This document shows positions 39,158 to 48,238 of a stretch of DNA of 64,000 nt, piece after piece. The stretch is from contig OZ241855.1 of NCBI GenBank assembly GCA_965202785.1, forward strand, positions 320,001 to 384,000. Direction: 5' to 3'. The position numbers and the translations under genes are program-made. The first letter of the stretch is position 1. Each line of letters opens with the position of its first letter. A model generated the notes under the pieces. It made no database searches, had not been told where the DNA came from, and worked only from the letters and a program-made list of their open reading frames with translations. This DNA comes from Thermodesulfobacteriota bacterium (lineage in GTDB: Bacteria > Desulfobacterota_D > UBA1144 > Nemesobacterales > Nemesobacteraceae).

Positions 39158-39367
39158 ATGGCGGAAACAGAGGAACAGAAAACAGAAGAAATGGCGGAGC
39201 AGGAAACCGAGGCGCCGGATGAGAACGAATCGCCCCCAATAATCTGGTCCCAGAAGAGAGTTCCGAACATAGAAAAGGGATATAACCCAAGCGTGCCTTT
39301 TTACATGATGGGAATCTTCGTCGCGCTCATAATCCTGAGCGTGATTTTTGCCAAGATCACGTCCTGA
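39158..39367 (+). CDS. Small single-TM hypothetical protein
   Basis: ATG after AGGA; acidic N-terminus and C-terminal TM; 69 aa. Confidence 0.65.
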   Translation: MAETEEQKTEEMAEQETEAPDENESPPIIWSQKRVPNIEKGYNPSVPFYMMGIFVALIILSVIFAKITS

Positions 39368-39396
39368 GCGCGCAATCTCGCCCCCCGCCCGGAGAC

Positions 39397-39891
39397 ATGG
39401 ACAGGAAAAACCGCGCCCCATCCGTCGCAAAGAACCAGAGTGCCCTGAAAATAGTCTGGTTTGCCCTGCTGCTTGCCATGTTCGCCTACACCGCGGTGGT
39501 TTTCGTTTTCAAATCTCCCGAGGCGCCGGACGTCAGAGAAAACGTAAAGGCAGCATTTCTTCTGGGAGGAGCGGCGCTCGGAGTGATTTCCCTTCTTATA
39601 TACAGGTTTACCCTTTCTGAGAAATCGCTTCGCAAGAAATTTCTTTCAACGCAGGGACAGGAACCGGAAAAAAGGCTTGAGGAACTCTCAAACCGTCTAC
39701 TGCTCCCGCACGTGGTTCCCTGGGGAATAAACGAGACCGTCGTGCTGCTTGGATTCGTGCTCGCGTTTTTAAGCAAAAATCCCCAGGATATAATTCCTTT
39801 CTCGGTAATAGGAATCATCCTGCATATCTACATGTATCCTAGAGTGGAGCAGCTTGTCGAGAGGACAAAAGATTCGGTTCAAGACGCGTGA
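39397..39891 (+). CDS. Hypothetical 4-TM membrane protein
   Basis: Four hydrophobic helices. Confidence 0.7.
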   Translation: MDRKNRAPSVAKNQSALKIVWFALLLAMFAYTAVVFVFKSPEAPDVRENVKAAFLLGGAALGVISLLIYRFTLSEKSLRKKFLSTQGQEPEKRLEELSNRLLLPHVVPWGINETVVLLGFVLAFLSKNPQDIIPFSVIGIILHIYMYPRVEQLVERTKDSVQDA

Positions 39892-40500
39892 TCACTCAAA
39901 AAAGCGCCTTATCTCCACTTGGGTCTCCTCGGGGGAACCGGAAGCTTCTATTACCTTGATCCTTGGGATCCCTTTTTCAATCAGTTGTCTGTAACCCTCA
40001 TCCACTCGGCTATGGAACTCAAACGGTTCCTCGTCCATCTTGTTTCTCTCTTTACCGCGGTTCTTGAGCCTCAAAAGCGCCTGCTCAACCGGTATCGAAA
40101 GAAAAAACGTGACGTCGGGCTCAACACCGAGGCTTGATGCCACGGCCATGCGGAAAACCAAGTCAGGGTCAAGATCCCTTCCCGAACCTTGGTAAGCAAG
40201 GGTCGAATCGTAGTACCTGTCGCAGATGACCGTGTAACCGTCTTTTAGTTTCGGCAGTATGAGCTCCCTTACGTGCTGGGCCCTGTCTGCGCAGAAAAGA
40301 CAAAGTTCGGCGTAGGGCTGAATATCGACATCCCTCCGGTCGAGAATCTCCTTTCTTATCGCCTCGCCGAGTTTGCCCTCGCCCGGTTCCTTGGTAAAAA
40401 ACACCTTGGTTCCCTTGCTGGAGAGGTAATCGGCCAGAAGCCTCGCCTGGGTCGATTTGCCGCTTCCGTCTATTCCCTCGAATGTGATAAATCTGCTCAC
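39892..40500 (-). CDS. tmk: Thymidylate kinase
   Basis: FEGIDGSGKST, EPG, ADRAQH, CDRY..S..AYQG. Confidence 0.96.
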   Translation of the reverse strand: MSRFITFEGIDGSGKSTQARLLADYLSSKGTKVFFTKEPGEGKLGEAIRKEILDRRDVDIQPYAELCLFCADRAQHVRELILPKLKDGYTVICDRYYDSTLAYQGSGRDLDPDLVFRMAVASSLGVEPDVTFFLSIPVEQALLRLKNRGKERNKMDEEPFEFHSRVDEGYRQLIEKGIPRIKVIEASGSPEETQVEIRRFFE

Positions 40501-41252
40501 GCTGCGCCTCCCGGGGTTTTGTCCTGATCTCGCAACAAAAGTCCCGTCATCTTCCTGAGGTTCCTGATTTCCCCAGGGTTCAGGTCACGCCACTCCCCCT
40601 TGCCAAGCTCGCCGAGACGCACGTTACCACATGAAATCCTCTTAAGCCTAGCAACTCGAAGGCCGAAGGCCTCAAAGTATTTCTTCACGAGGTGTTTTCT
40701 TCCCTCGTGAAATGAAATGCTTGCCCGCGCACGCCCTGCGGACACTTGAAGGACCCTCACTGAATCCGGCTTCGTAAACCGGTTCTCAATTTCCGTTCCT
40801 CCGCCAAGCACCGCTTCGAGATCACCTGGCACTTCTCCCGAAACCTCGGCCAGATAAGTCTTTACCACCTTATATCTGGGGTGATGTATTCTGTTTGCAA
40901 GTTCCCCGTCGTTTGTGAGAATCAGAAGTCCCTCAGAGTCGTAGTCAAGCCTTCCAACGGGATAAACCCTCTGTTCTATGTCTCCCAGAAAGGACGTTAT
41001 CGTTTTCTTTCCTCCTTCCATGGACTTCAGAGAAGTGAGGTAAAAGGGAGGCTTGTTAAGCATCACGTATCTTTTCCTTTCCTTGCGCACGGGTTTTCCG
41101 TCAAGCGCCACCGTGTCGGCAGTCTCGTCCACAACGGAACCGAGAGTACGGACAATCTCCCCGTTTACGGTTATCCGTCCCGCCTTTATAAGGTTATCCG
41201 CTTTTCTTCTTGATGTTATTCCGCACTCGGAAAGAAATCTGTTAAGCCTCAT
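40497..41252 (-). CDS. RsuA/RluB-family pseudouridine synthase
   Basis: S4 domain SRR.AD..I, NKP, VGRLDYDSEGLL.LTNDG. Confidence 0.92.
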   Translation of the reverse strand: MRLNRFLSECGITSRRKADNLIKAGRITVNGEIVRTLGSVVDETADTVALDGKPVRKERKRYVMLNKPPFYLTSLKSMEGGKKTITSFLGDIEQRVYPVGRLDYDSEGLLILTNDGELANRIHHPRYKVVKTYLAEVSGEVPGDLEAVLGGGTEIENRFTKPDSVRVLQVSAGRARASISFHEGRKHLVKKYFEAFGLRVARLKRISCGNVRLGELGKGEWRDLNPGEIRNLRKMTGLLLRDQDKTPGGAA

Positions 41253-41400
41253 ATGAAATGCCGAGATTTCGTTCTCAACCGTTTGCCCTGTCAAAACCCA
41301 TTTACAATCATGGAACGCAACTCCAGATTTGTAAAGCTTTTTGCCGCTCTCAGTTCAGCAGCAAGCCTGAAAACCGGCGAGTCGGACCATTTGCTGCGTT

Positions 41401-43350
41401 TCAGCGGTTCATCCGGTTATCAATCAGATCGTCAACCACCGACGGGTCGGCAAGCGTTGAAGTATCGCCAAGATCAGCATAATCGTTGGCGGCGACGCGG
41501 CGCAGGATCCGGCGCATTATCTTGCCCGAGCGGGTTTTCGGAAGACCCGGAGCCCACTGTATAAGATCGGGAGAGGCGATCGGCCCTATTTCCTTTCTCA
41601 CCCATTTAACCAATTCGCCTCGAAGCTCCTCTGAAGGCTCGGAATCGGCGTTAAGTGTCACGTATGCATAGATGCCCTGTCCCTTTATCTCGTGCGGATA
41701 GCCTACTACCGCGGCCTCAGCGACGCTTCCGTGCGACACGAGGGCGCTTTCCACCTCGGCTGTGCCCATGCGGTGACCGGACACGTTTATAACATCATCG
41801 ACGCGCCCAGTGATCCAGTAATAATCGTCCTCGTCGCGACGGCAGCCGTCACCGGTAAAATACTTGCCCGGATAGGCGGTAAAATAAGTTTCGACGAAAC
41901 GGTCGTGATCTCCGTAAACCGTGCGTGCCTGTCCCGGCCATGAATCGGCTATGCAGAGATTTCCCTCAGCCGCGCCTTCTAAGACGTTGCCTTCTGAATC
42001 AACCAGTTCCGGACGGATCCCGAAAAACGGCAGCGTGGCTGAACCCGGCTTCAGGTCCGTCGCACCGGGAAGCGGGGTTATCAGGACCCCACCGGTCTCA
42101 GTCTGCCACCAAGTGTCCACTATGGGGCAGCGGCCGTCGCCGACCACTTCGTAGTACCACATCCAGGCTTCGGGGTTGATCGGTTCTCCAACTGTACCAA
42201 GAACGCGAAGCGATGTGCGGGAGGTTTCCTTAACCGGCCCGTCTCCCTCACGCATAAGCGCCCGGATAGCCGTGGGGGCCGTATAGAAAATACTGATGTT
42301 GTGCTTGTCGCAAACTCTCCAGAAGCGCGACATGTCCGGATAACCCGGCACCCCTTCAAACATCACAGTTGTGGCGCCGTTTGCAAGCGGTCCGTAGACG
42401 ATGTAGCTGTGGCCGGTGACCCAGCCGACATCGGCCGTACACCAGTAGACCTCTCCTTCGTGGTAATCGAACACGTATTGGTGAGTTATCGAAGCGTAAA
42501 CAAGATAGCCGCCGGTTGTGTGCAAAACCCCCTTGGGCTTTCCGGTCGAACCTGAGGTGTAGAGAATGAAAAGCGGGTCCTCGGCACCCATTTCCTCAGC
42601 CGTACAGTCATCGGAGACCTCCGCCGCGGCCTCATGATACCAGACGTCCCGCTCACCATCCCAAGGAATGTCCGCTCCAGTACGGCGCACTACCAATACC
42701 TTTTTTACGATCGAGTCCACAGCGTCGTCTTCAAGCGCCTTGTCCATGTTTACCTTAAGAGGCACCCTGCGAGTGCCGCGAAGCCCCTCGTCCGCCGTAA
42801 TGACTATTTCCGATTCACAGTCAGAGATCCTTCCCCCAAGCGCCTGCGGCGAAAAACCTCCGAACACTACCGAATGAATGGCGCCGATACGCGCGCACGC
42901 AAGCATGGCGAAGGCAGCCTCGGGAATCATCGGCATGTATATGGTTACCCTGTCGCCCTTGCGAGCGCCGAGAGACTTAAGCACGTTAGCCATGCGGCAG
43001 ACTTCACTTTTAAGTTCAGCGTAAGTGAACTTCCTGTCTTCACCGGGGTCATCCCCCTCCCATATGATTGCGATTTTGTCAGGGGTTTTCTCCGCGTGGC
43101 GATCGACACAGTTTGCCGACACGTTAAGGGTCCCGTCGTAGAACCACCTGATTGACACTTCTCCGGGACCGTAGCTTGTGTCCTTTACCTTGGTATAGGG
43201 CCTGATCCAGTCAATCCGCTGGCCATGGGCGCCCCAGAACCCCTCGGGATCCCTAACTGACTGACGGTACATCCAGTTATATTCGTCCCTGTTTATCAGG
43301 GCTCCTTCGGTAACAGCTTCTGAAGGTGGAAAAACTTTCGGTTTTGACAT
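41401..43350 (-). CDS. acs: Acetyl-CoA synthetase
   Basis: [37 protein letters not shown]. Confidence 0.97.
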   Translation of the reverse strand: MSKPKVFPPSEAVTEGALINRDEYNWMYRQSVRDPEGFWGAHGQRIDWIRPYTKVKDTSYGPGEVSIRWFYDGTLNVSANCVDRHAEKTPDKIAIIWEGDDPGEDRKFTYAELKSEVCRMANVLKSLGARKGDRVTIYMPMIPEAAFAMLACARIGAIHSVVFGGFSPQALGGRISDCESEIVITADEGLRGTRRVPLKVNMDKALEDDAVDSIVKKVLVVRRTGADIPWDGERDVWYHEAAAEVSDDCTAEEMGAEDPLFILYTSGSTGKPKGVLHTTGGYLVYASITHQYVFDYHEGEVYWCTADVGWVTGHSYIVYGPLANGATTVMFEGVPGYPDMSRFWRVCDKHNISIFYTAPTAIRALMREGDGPVKETSRTSLRVLGTVGEPINPEAWMWYYEVVGDGRCPIVDTWWQTETGGVLITPLPGATDLKPGSATLPFFGIRPELVDSEGNVLEGAAEGNLCIADSWPGQARTVYGDHDRFVETYFTAYPGKYFTGDGCRRDEDDYYWITGRVDDVINVSGHRMGTAEVESALVSHGSVAEAAVVGYPHEIKGQGIYAYVTLNADSEPSEELRGELVKWVRKEIGPIASPDLIQWAPGLPKTRSGKIMRRILRRVAANDYADLGDTSTLADPSVVDDLIDNRMNR

Positions 43351-43697
43351 GAATTTCCTCCTGACTAATAAACTTCCATTGTGATTATCCCGAGTTTTAA
43401 AACCGCCGTGCTTGTACGAAAATTGCAAGGGACAAAATAGCCAAATCTTGGGGAACCGTAGAGGCAGTCATTTAATATTTAAGGGCTTTATATATCAAGC
43501 AGTTACGCTCGATCCTAGGCTTCAAGATGCTGAATCGTATTGTAACTCCTGTGCTTTGAATTGACAATGTCTGAACTAATTTATTCAAAATTCGGTCAAT
43601 TTAATTGACTCTTTACACGCTCCTTGCAGATGCCTTGACCCCAGTGCGACAATCATTTAATTTGGTACCAACCGACCATTTCGAAGAAAATCAAGAC

Positions 43698-44261
43698 ATG
43701 TCTTGGCAAAGAATAAGCAGGTTCACTCTATGTCTCTTGCTCTTGTCCGCAACGGCATGCGGACAAGGGACAGACGATAACACGGACGTTAAAACCTCGA
43801 GCATGACCCCCGCTGACACGGACGACCGCCGCCCGTTCGAGGGGTCGGTCTTCATCGACGACGATGTGGACGGAGCTACCGCACTCCAGGAAAGCGACGC
43901 GTATGAACTCGATATAGACGGCGACCATGCGCCGGTCATCGAAAACGACACGCTGACCCTTACGGTATCGTACAGTGGCGGCTGTGAAACACACGATTTC
44001 ACCCTCGTCACGGACGGCAGCTTCATGGGATCAGATCCCGTCCAGCTCATCGTCACCCTGACCCATGACGACAACGACGACACGTGCGAAGCGTACCCGA
44101 CAGATCAGTATTCCTTTGACCTGACGTCCATAGAGACGCTGTATCAGGAAGCCTACGGGACAGACGAAGGTTCCATCATCCTGCGTCTGTGGCACTTGGG
44201 CCACCCAAGTGGTTCTATCGACGCCGACTTTCTCGACCTCGTCTACACTTTTGCGCCATGA
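43698..44261 (+). CDS. Acidic hypothetical lipoprotein (NigD-like C-terminal domain possible)
   Basis: Lipobox ATAC; YSGGC..H.F.L...L.H....D.CEA...FDL. Confidence 0.7.
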   Translation: MSWQRISRFTLCLLLLSATACGQGTDDNTDVKTSSMTPADTDDRRPFEGSVFIDDDVDGATALQESDAYELDIDGDHAPVIENDTLTLTVSYSGGCETHDFTLVTDGSFMGSDPVQLIVTLTHDDNDDTCEAYPTDQYSFDLTSIETLYQEAYGTDEGSIILRLWHLGHPSGSIDADFLDLVYTFAP

Positions 44262-44481
44262 TTTTGATAAACCCGCTGCCCTCGGGCGTAATGGGAACGG
44301 ACCTCTTACGACCATCCCCGGTCGATTAAATCCGCCACCAACGCTTCCAATTACCACATCCAAGCCGACCATTGTCGTTACCCATAACTCTCGGGTTCGG
44401 ATGCGGTGGATTGAGAGCTTCTACAAAACTCCTTGGTAGCGCAGCAAGGTATCATTGAAAGTTTTTCCAAAGTCAAACCAC

Positions 44482-44574
44482 CTATTTTGACAACCAGATG
44501 TGGTAACGGTTGTCAAAATAGAATTCTTAGAAAAAATTGCGGGAAACAAGCCTTTCTCTCAAGCGGTTTCCCGC
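44482..44574. repeat. Two inverted repeats between convergent genes
   Basis: CTATTTTGACAACC-N12-GGTTGTCAAAATAG (44482-44521) and GCGGGAAAC-N18-GTTTCCCGC (44539-44574). Confidence 0.8.
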
Positions 44575-44593
44575 GACAACACCCCGCCTCGCC

Positions 44594-45472
44594 TCAATGC
44601 GTCTTGTCTACCATGGAGTATCTTTTAAACAAGACCATCAGAAGCAACGCCAACGCGCCCAGAAACAGGCCGAACGCGCTGCCGCTATCACTTCCTCCAA
44701 GAGTGCAGCCTCCACCGCCTTCGGTATCCACCTCCCCGGTTTCCGTTTCTTCCAGCGGCGGAATGACGTTGTTGAGAGTGAAGATCAACCTTGCCATGCG
44801 CACGTCGGAGAACTTGCCCTGTCCCCTGAGACTTGTGATATCTCCCTGTGGACTGGTAGTGCTATTGCTCAGTGAAAATTCTTCCCCGTTCTCGGTTCCG
44901 GCGTCATAGGGAAACAGGTCTACTGTGTGAGAGGGTGGCCAGTCATCCGATCCATCCAGCAAAGACAGAGCAGAGACGCCCACAAACCAGTCCGGGCTGG
45001 GACCGATCATCGATAGAAGGGTAAACAGGGGATGAGTACGGCTGAACTCGACTTCAAATGTCCTCGTACCCATGGCAGAGGTACCGCTTTTCTTGACGAT
45101 GGATCTTACAGCTCCTTCTTCGGCATTGCTGATTTCTGTCTCAAACGTACCCGTGATGCCAAGCTCCGCCACCCTCTCCACGCCAGCAGTGGCCATCTCA
45201 CCCACTGCCCAGAAAGTCACATCGCTGTTGTGTACGGCGCCGATTAGCGTCGTGAAATGCGCACTGCCCACAACCCCGTCGGGCGTGCTGTCGGTGTTCC
45301 AGTTGCCTTCAAACGTTACCGTGTAGGTGGCCGATTCCGAGTCGGTCTGCGCGCGGGCCGGTCCCGCCGGCACGCCGAGTATGATGGTGGCAAGGAGGGA
45401 AAGGCCCATTGCGATGCGCCAAGGACCGCAAAAGATGCGGGAGAAGTTCAGTAGACGTGCGCGCTCCCGCAT
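44594..45472 (-). CDS. Spondin_N domain secreted protein with GGGGC-TM-KR tail
   Basis: ATY.V.F...W, HF..LIGA.H, AE.G, SMI.PSPDWFVGV, YDAGT; start uncertain. Confidence 0.88.
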   Translation of the reverse strand: MRERARLLNFSRIFCGPWRIAMGLSLLATIILGVPAGPARAQTDSESATYTVTFEGNWNTDSTPDGVVGSAHFTTLIGAVHNSDVTFWAVGEMATAGVERVAELGITGTFETEISNAEEGAVRSIVKKSGTSAMGTRTFEVEFSRTHPLFTLLSMIGPSPDWFVGVSALSLLDGSDDWPPSHTVDLFPYDAGTENGEEFSLSNSTTSPQGDITSLRGQGKFSDVRMARLIFTLNNVIPPLEETETGEVDTEGGGGCTLGGSDSGSAFGLFLGALALLLMVLFKRYSMVDKTH

Positions 45473-45715
45473 GCGGATACCGTCCCGACGCGGCGGAACG
45501 GACGTACCCGACAGTCTTCCTGACCTCAACGGAACCATTTCAGGTAAAATAGTACCTTGAACCTAGCATACTTTCGAACAAGGTGTCCCGCGGTTCCTCC
45601 ATAAATTCTCGCTACATTCCTTGACAAAAACGCTCCCCGTATAAGATACTTAGAGGCGGGGTTGGTGGTGTTGAAATTGCTTCCACGCGGGAAGTGTAAC
45701 GGGTGGTTTTTGTAT

Positions 45716-46975
45716 ATGGGCCTTTTATCTGAAACCTGGGAAAAGACATTCGGCGCGAGCGAAAGCGCCATGCTGCTTGAAACATTCGGCGCAAGAGACT
45801 TCTCGGAGCTTCGCCCCTCTCCGAAGCTTGATAGAGTAATATCAAAAACAATCGAGGGAGAAAACGTCACGCGCGGAGACGCACTCTACCTTGCGGAGCT
45901 TTTTCCCAAGGAAGTCCCTTTTCTTCTTCTGGCCGCATCGGCCATCAGGAACCGCTCGAAAGGAAAAACCGTAACTTACTCCAAGAATGTCTTCGTACCC
46001 CTTACCCAGCTCTGCAGGGACCGCTGCGGATACTGCACGTTCAAGATAGAGCCGGAAGAGGGAGAGCTGTTCATGACCCCGGAAGAGGTCGTCGACATGG
46101 CGAAAAAAGGAGCGAAGGCGGGATGCACGGAACTTCTTTTCGTCACGGGCGACAAGCCGGAACTCGCTTATCAGGTATACAGGGACGCACTCGGGGAAAT
46201 CGGCTACGAAACGACGGCAGAGTACCTGATCGACATGGGAAAGACCGGACTTGAACACGGAATCTTCCCCCACACTAACCTCGGGCTCTCAACCCCTGAA
46301 GAACTCTCCGGGTTCAGAAAAAGCAACCCCAGCATGGGCCTCATGCTAGAGAACATAAGCGAGAGGCTGCTTAAGAAGGGAAATGCCCACCACGGCTGCG
46401 CCGACAAGGTCCCGAAGCTCAGGATGGAAACCATGGAGCACGCGGGTGAACTCAGCATTCCCTGGACAAGCGGCATACTGGTGGGAATCGGGGAAACGTT
46501 CGAGGAGAGAATCGACTCGCTTTACGCGCTGCTTGAACTCTCCCGCAGGCACGGTCACCTGCAGGAAATAATAATTCAGAACTTCAACCCCAAGGAAGGA
46601 ATAAAGATGGAGGAATACCCTCCCGCCGATTTTCTCGAGATGCTGAAGACCGTCGCCATCTCGAGGCTCATATTCGGAGGGGATATGAACATACAGATCC
46701 CCCCTAACCTTAACAACAGGAATTTCACTTTTTACCTGACGGCCGGCATAAACGACCTGGGCGGCGTGTCGCCTCTCACCATAGACTACGTCAACCCCGA
46801 GGCTCCGTGGCCGCAGGTTGAGAGAATGGAAAGTGAGGTAAGAGCGCTGGGTTACGAACTTCGGGAGAGACTTCCCGTCTATCCCGAGTACATAGACGAG
46901 CGCTGGATAGACCCCTACGTTCTCGGTAAGGTAAGGGAGCGCGTTGATGAGAGGGGATATGTTCCCGCAAACTGA
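45716..46975 (+). CDS. cofG: FO synthase subunit CofG (radical SAM)
   Basis: TYS.NVF.PLT..CR..C.YC.F, PH.N.G, SMGLMLE, Q.PPNL, ND.GGVSP...D.VNPE..WP. Confidence 0.9.
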   Translation: MGLLSETWEKTFGASESAMLLETFGARDFSELRPSPKLDRVISKTIEGENVTRGDALYLAELFPKEVPFLLLAASAIRNRSKGKTVTYSKNVFVPLTQLCRDRCGYCTFKIEPEEGELFMTPEEVVDMAKKGAKAGCTELLFVTGDKPELAYQVYRDALGEIGYETTAEYLIDMGKTGLEHGIFPHTNLGLSTPEELSGFRKSNPSMGLMLENISERLLKKGNAHHGCADKVPKLRMETMEHAGELSIPWTSGILVGIGETFEERIDSLYALLELSRRHGHLQEIIIQNFNPKEGIKMEEYPPADFLEMLKTVAISRLIFGGDMNIQIPPNLNNRNFTFYLTAGINDLGGVSPLTIDYVNPEAPWPQVERMESEVRALGYELRERLPVYPEYIDERWIDPYVLGKVRERVDERGYVPAN

Positions 46976-46978
46976 AAA

Positions 46979-48178
46979 ATGGAAGACATAAGCAAAATAA
47001 TAGACTCCATAGAGCAAAGAAGGCCCTTGGGCGTTGACGGGGTGATGTCGCGTATAAACGGCACGACGGGCCGCATAATCGAGGATGCGCTTTCGGGAAA
47101 GGAGATTTCGGTTGAAGACGGAATCCATCTTTTCAGCATAGAGGATACAGACGAGATATCCGCCCTAGCCCTCGCGGCCGATCGGATAAGAGAGGAAGAT
47201 GTCGGGGATGTGGTTACTTACGTCGTTAACAGGAACATAAACTTCACTAACATATGCGATGTCTACTGCGGCTTCTGCAATTTTATGGCGGACGAGGGGG
47301 ACGACAGGGCGTATTTCCTCTCCATGGACGAAGTCGCGGAGAGAACCGTTGAAGCCTGGGAGATAGGCGCAACGGAAGTATGCATGCAGGGCGGCATGCA
47401 TCCCGAGATAGACGGCAATTTCTACATCGAGCTTATAAAGACGGTAAAAAAAGCCGTGCCCGAGATGCACACCCACGCTTTTTCCCCCTACGAGATCTAC
47501 TACGGCGCAAAGACTCTCGGCATAGAGGAAGAGGACTTCATAAGAAGACTCAAGGATGTCGGTCACAACACTTTTCCCGGCACCGCGGCCGAGGTTCTGG
47601 TTGAAGAAGTAAGAAAAGTAATCGCTCCCAGGAAGATACCGACCGAGGTATGGATAAGGGTGGTCAAAAAAGCCCACAGGGAAGGAATGAGAACCACCTC
47701 GACCATAATGTACGGTCACCTCGACAAGCGCCATCACTGGGCCATACACCTTGGAATCCTGAGGGACATACAGAAAGAGACTGGAGGGTTCACGGAGTTC
47801 GTGCCGCTTCGGTTCATTCCCTGGAACACGAGGCTTTTTATTCACTCCAAGGGGAAGGTGAGAAAGGGACCGACCGATCTTGACCAGCTGAAGATGTACG
47901 CGGTCTCCCGAATGATGCTTCGGGGATGGATAAACAACATACAGGTCTCCTGGGTAAAGCAGGGACCCGAGTTCGCGCAGTTCTCTCTCACCGCCGGGGC
48001 AAACGATTTCGGGGGAACGCTCATGGAAGAGCAGATATCCCGTTTCGCCGGTGCAAGTTACGGGCAGTACTTCCCGCCCGAGGAGTTCAGAAAACTCACC
48101 AGAGAAATAGGCAGAATCCCGGCCGAACGCGACACGACCTACGGGATACTGAAAACGTTTGAAAACGGCAAGGCCTGA
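46979..48178 (+). CDS. cofH: FO synthase subunit CofH (radical SAM)
   Basis: NRNINFTN.C...C.FC, EVCMQGG, HAFSP.E, PGTAAE, FTEFVPL.F, Q.SWVK; directly after cofG. Confidence 0.88.
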   Translation: MEDISKIIDSIEQRRPLGVDGVMSRINGTTGRIIEDALSGKEISVEDGIHLFSIEDTDEISALALAADRIREEDVGDVVTYVVNRNINFTNICDVYCGFCNFMADEGDDRAYFLSMDEVAERTVEAWEIGATEVCMQGGMHPEIDGNFYIELIKTVKKAVPEMHTHAFSPYEIYYGAKTLGIEEEDFIRRLKDVGHNTFPGTAAEVLVEEVRKVIAPRKIPTEVWIRVVKKAHREGMRTTSTIMYGHLDKRHHWAIHLGILRDIQKETGGFTEFVPLRFIPWNTRLFIHSKGKVRKGPTDLDQLKMYAVSRMMLRGWINNIQVSWVKQGPEFAQFSLTAGANDFGGTLMEEQISRFAGASYGQYFPPEEFRKLTREIGRIPAERDTTYGILKTFENGKA

Positions 48179-48238
48179 AGACTTTCTCTCCCGCGCGCAG
48201 TCTTTTGTCCCGAAACCCTCCGGCCGGCACTGGTTTCC

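Noticed and set aside
43490-43510. ATATCAAGCAGTTAC resembling an IHF site or island end
   Set aside because: No partner site or recombinase in the window
46979-48178. Possible mqnC/mqnE call
   Set aside because: Adjacent to cofG with CofH-type motifs, so called cofH
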